Of a stretch of 64,000 nucleotides of DNA, positions 61,878-64,000 are shown one piece after another (positions within the stretch are counted from its first letter, which is position 1; every line of letters begins with the position of its first letter). The DNA lies in contig CAWASK010000004.1 of assembly GCA_963784735.1 (NCBI GenBank), forward strand, positions 9,427-73,426, read 5' to 3'. The notes under the pieces were generated by a model. That model had not been told where the DNA came from. It worked only from the letters and a program-made list of their open reading frames with translations, and searched no databases. The stretch is from an uncultured delta proteobacterium. Its GTDB lineage: Bacteria > Desulfobacterota > Syntrophia > Syntrophales > UBA4778. The position numbers were made by a program, and so were the translations under genes.

Positions 61878-61956
61878 TGCCTCTCCCTACGCCGGAATTA
61901 CCCGGGTCAGGTTCAAAGGGTATGTTCTCAGCCGATATCGGCACCCCTGAAGGAAT
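61878..61956 (-). promoter_or_regulatory. TPP (THI-box) riboswitch in the thiD-thiC leader
   Basis: The minus strand reads 'CAGGGGUGCCGAUAUCGGCUGAGAACAUACCCUUUGAACCUGACCCGGGUAAUUCCGGCGUAGGGAGAGG'. All core THI-box elements are present (GGGGUGC, CUGAGA, ACCC, GAACCUGA, UAAU..CGG.CGUAGGGA). It lies about 60 nt upstream of the thiD ATG. Confidence 0.9.
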
Positions 61957-61987
61957 ATATTTACATTACGGGCTGTGGGAAAGCAAA

Positions 61988-62121
61988 GGAAAAAAAGGCA
62001 TTAGGCATAAGGCGTTAGGCGTTAGGCAAGGTACTGTGGTTTAGGCGTTAGGCATCAGGCACCAGGTTTTATAATAGAAGCACCTTTGCCTAATGCCTAA
62101 CGCCCAATGCCTAACGCCTAA
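61988..62121 (-). terminator. long palindromic array of GCCTAAC/GTTAGGC-type heptamers ending in a U7 run; probable tatD terminator
   Basis: - Left arms at 61997-62030 and 62040-62064; right arm at 62082-62121.
- 62040-62055 (TTTAGGCGTTAGGCAT) is the exact complement of 62106-62121.
- On the minus strand the structure is followed by UUUUUUU (plus-strand A7 at 61990-61996). Confidence 0.65.
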
Positions 62122-62907
62122 AACCCAAACACCGCCGCCGCGTTTGCCGAGGTGGCCCTCGCCACTTCCTCGAAGCCGGTCTTCTTTACCTCGGCCACTT
62201 TTCTCGCGGCGTACTCGACATAGGACGGTTCGTTCCTCTTGCCCCGATAGGGCACGGGGGTCAGGTACGGGCAGTCGGTTTCCACCAGCAGCCTGTCGAG
62301 CGGCAGTTTGGCGACTATCTCTCTGAGCCGGTCGGATTTGGGGAAGGTTATGGTCCCCGGGACGGAAATGTAGAATCCCATGTCCAGGCATTCCCGGGCC
62401 ATGGCATAGTCCCCCGAGAAGCAATGGATTATGCCGCGGTGAGGGCCGCTTTCCTTAAGCATGGAAACGGTCTCCCTGTGGGCGTCGCGGTCGTGGATTA
62501 TGATGGGCAGCTTCAGCTCGGCGGCAAGTTCGAGCTGCTCCCCGAAGCGCCTGACCTGGACTTCCGGCGGGGAGAGGTTGCGGAAAAAATCGAGCCCTAT
62601 TTCGCCGTAGGCGACAACCTTGCTTCTGGCCGCAATCACCTTTAGCTTGTCATAGGTGGCCTGGCCGATGGATTTGACCTCATGCGGATGGATGCCTATC
62701 GCGGCGTAGACGCCCTCATGGCGCTGCGGCGATTTCGGCCGCTTTCACGCAGTCGGACAGGGTCGTGCCCACGGTGACGATTCTCGCCACCCCGGCCTGC
62801 GCCGCCCTCCTGATCACGTCCTCCCTGTCCCGGTCGAATTCCCTCATCTCAAGGTGGGCATGGGAATCTGTCAGGAAAAAAGGGCTACTTTTTTCTGGGT
62901 TCTTCAA
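62118..62907 (-). pseudogene. tatD: TatD-family metal-dependent hydrolase, 1 frameshift near 62715 as sequenced
   Basis: 'FFLTDSHAHL' (ORF 62716..62907), then 'AAIGIHPHE', 'VAYGEIGLDF', 'LPIIIHDRDA', 'GIIHCFSG', 'YISVPG' and 'LLVETDCPYL' (ORF 62118..62639). Confidence 0.9.
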
Positions 62908-63058
62908 TCTTTATTTCTTCCACGTTCGAGGAGAGGTCGGGAAGGCTTTTGAGGTAGCTCTCAAGCTCTTTTTTGCTCATGCGGCCCATCAGCATTTTCT
63001 TTTCGATAATCCGTTTGTCCATTTCCCCATTGTAAATATCTTTCTTCTTTTTCACCAT
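62885..63058 (-). CDS. small charged protein (57 aa), no family recognised
   Basis: 'MVKKKKDIYNGEMDKRIIEKKMLMGRMSKKELESYLKSLPDLSSNVEEIKIEEPRKK*'. It is not in the ORF track (under 60 aa). It lies between the ABC permease and tatD, and its 3' end overlaps the tatD start. Confidence 0.4.
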   Translation of the reverse strand: MVKKKKDIYNGEMDKRIIEKKMLMGRMSKKELESYLKSLPDLSSNVEEIKIEEPRKK

Positions 63059-63121
63059 AAGGCCAGTCTCCTTGCCGGTTATTTACAATCGGTTTAATAT
63101 ACACCTTGTTCGAAAAAATCT

Positions 63122-63997
63122 CTACTCCCTGAGCCGGGGGTCCAGGGAATCGCGGATACCCTCGCCCAGGAGGTTGTACCCGAGCACTGTGACCAGGATG
63201 GCCAGCCCGGGGAACAGCGAGAGCCACCAGGCTATGTCGATATTGTCCTTGCCGTCCGTGAGGATATTTCCCCAGCTTGGCGTCGGCGGCTGGACCCCGA
63301 TCCCGAGGAAGCTCAGCGCCGACTCGGTGAGGATCGCGCCCGCCACCCCGAATGTCGCGGCCACGAGGAGGGAGGCCATCGCGTTGGGCAGGATGTGAAT
63401 GAAAATGATCCGCCAGTTGCCGGCCCCGATCACGCGCGCCGCCTTGACGAAATCCCGTTCCTTGAGCGTGATGAAATCTGCCCTGACGAGCCGGGTTATC
63501 CCCATCCAGTTCGTGAGCCCGATGATGAGCATGATGTTCCAGATCGAGGGCTCCAGGAAGGCGATGACCGCGAGGATCAGGAAGAAAGTGGGGAAACACA
63601 GCATTATGTCGACCATCCTCATGATCAGCGCGTCGACCCGCCGCCCGTAGTAGCCCGCCACTGCGCCGAGCAAGGCGCCGATTATGATGGAGATGCCGGT
63701 GGACACGAACCCCACCTTCAGCGAAATCCGCGAGCCCCAGATCATCCTCGACAGGATGTCCCTGCCGAGCTGGTCCGTGCCCAGGGGGTGCTTGCCAGGA
63801 TGGGGCGGCCAGGACATTCCGGAGGTCGATGGCCGTGGGCTCGTACGGGGAGATCCAAGGTGCCAGCAGGGAGACCACGAACAGGGCCAGGACGATCGAC
63901 GAAGCCGCCCATGGCGAGCTTGTTGCCGGCGAAACTCTGCGCAAAATCCGACTTCAGCGGAGACGGCCCTGTTGCGGAAAAACGATTTTTTCCCCAT
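63122..63997 (-). pseudogene. ABC transporter permease (DppC/OppC-like peptide/nickel type), at least 3 N-terminal frameshifts as sequenced
   Basis: 'KHPLGTDQLGRDILSRMIWGSRISL', the EAA-loop region 'FVKAARVIGAGNWRIIFIHILPN', and the C-terminus 'VLGYNLLGEGIRDSLDPRL'. The N-terminal TM segment 'IVLALFVVSLLAPWISPYEP' is in another frame. Confidence 0.85.
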
Positions 63998-64000
63998 TGC

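Noticed and set aside
61997-62121. GTTAGGC / GCCTAAC heptamers match the integron attC core (GTTRRRY) and inverse core (RYYYAAC), and also the nematode telomere unit TTAGGC.
   Set aside because: There is no intI integrase, no cassette-like promoterless ORFs and no attI in the window. The motif is tandemly iterated rather than present once at each end of a cassette. The position and U7 tail fit a terminator. The telomere resemblance is coincidental in a bacterial chromosome.

Overview
This is a GC-rich chromosomal segment (roughly 58-60% by eye, not computed). Its gene content looks like an anaerobic Deltaproteobacteria/Desulfobacterota-like organism, but that is inference only. I recognised no rRNA, tRNA, CRISPR array, transposase, integrase or phage genes.

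Gene content from left to right:
- A PAS-LuxR regulator (5' partial), two universal stress proteins, a DUF3303-like protein and an XRE-cupin regulator.
- A long minus-strand sulfatase operon: ABM-like protein, SdsA1-type alkyl sulfatase, arylsulfatase, SRPBCC protein, anaerobic sulfatase-maturating radical SAM enzyme, exported protein and FadL-type porin. A GAF-PAS sigma-54 activator lies beside it.
- A divergent FrhB-like / indolepyruvate:ferredoxin oxidoreductase (iorAB) cluster and a class III CoA-transferase.
- An HlyD/EmrB-type efflux pair.
- A MenA-like prenyltransferase translationally coupled to a membrane-anchored radical SAM/SPASM enzyme.
- Two convergent DUF362/ferredoxin genes flanking a repeat island.
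- A diadenylate cyclase-YbbR gene, an MBL hydrolase and a lipoprotein.
- A complete type II secretion cluster on the minus strand, in the order gspF-G-H-I-J-K-L-M-N-C-exeA-gspB-like-D-E (44.9 to 31.0 kb).
- Two-subunit class I fumarate hydratase, L-aspartate oxidase and malate dehydrogenase.
- A 29-codon bS22-like micro-ORF.
- System II cytochrome c biogenesis genes (resB/ccsA).
- A 305-bp tandem structured repeat.
- CCA-adding enzyme and a UPF0182 membrane protein.
- A TPP-riboswitch-controlled thiD-thiC operon, tatD, and the start of a peptide-type ABC permease.

Main caveat: I count roughly 80 reading-frame breaks. Most are +/-1 frameshifts and one is an in-frame TAG. They are strongly clustered by locus, so many genes cannot be translated as sequenced. 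From one sequence I cannot tell consensus error from real gene decay.

Most unusual features:
- A two-module, rod-like hairpin repeat family at 25.6-26.2 kb and 52.6-53.3 kb.
- The prenyltransferase/rSAM-SPASM pair.
- A heptamer-built palindromic terminator upstream of the TPP riboswitch.
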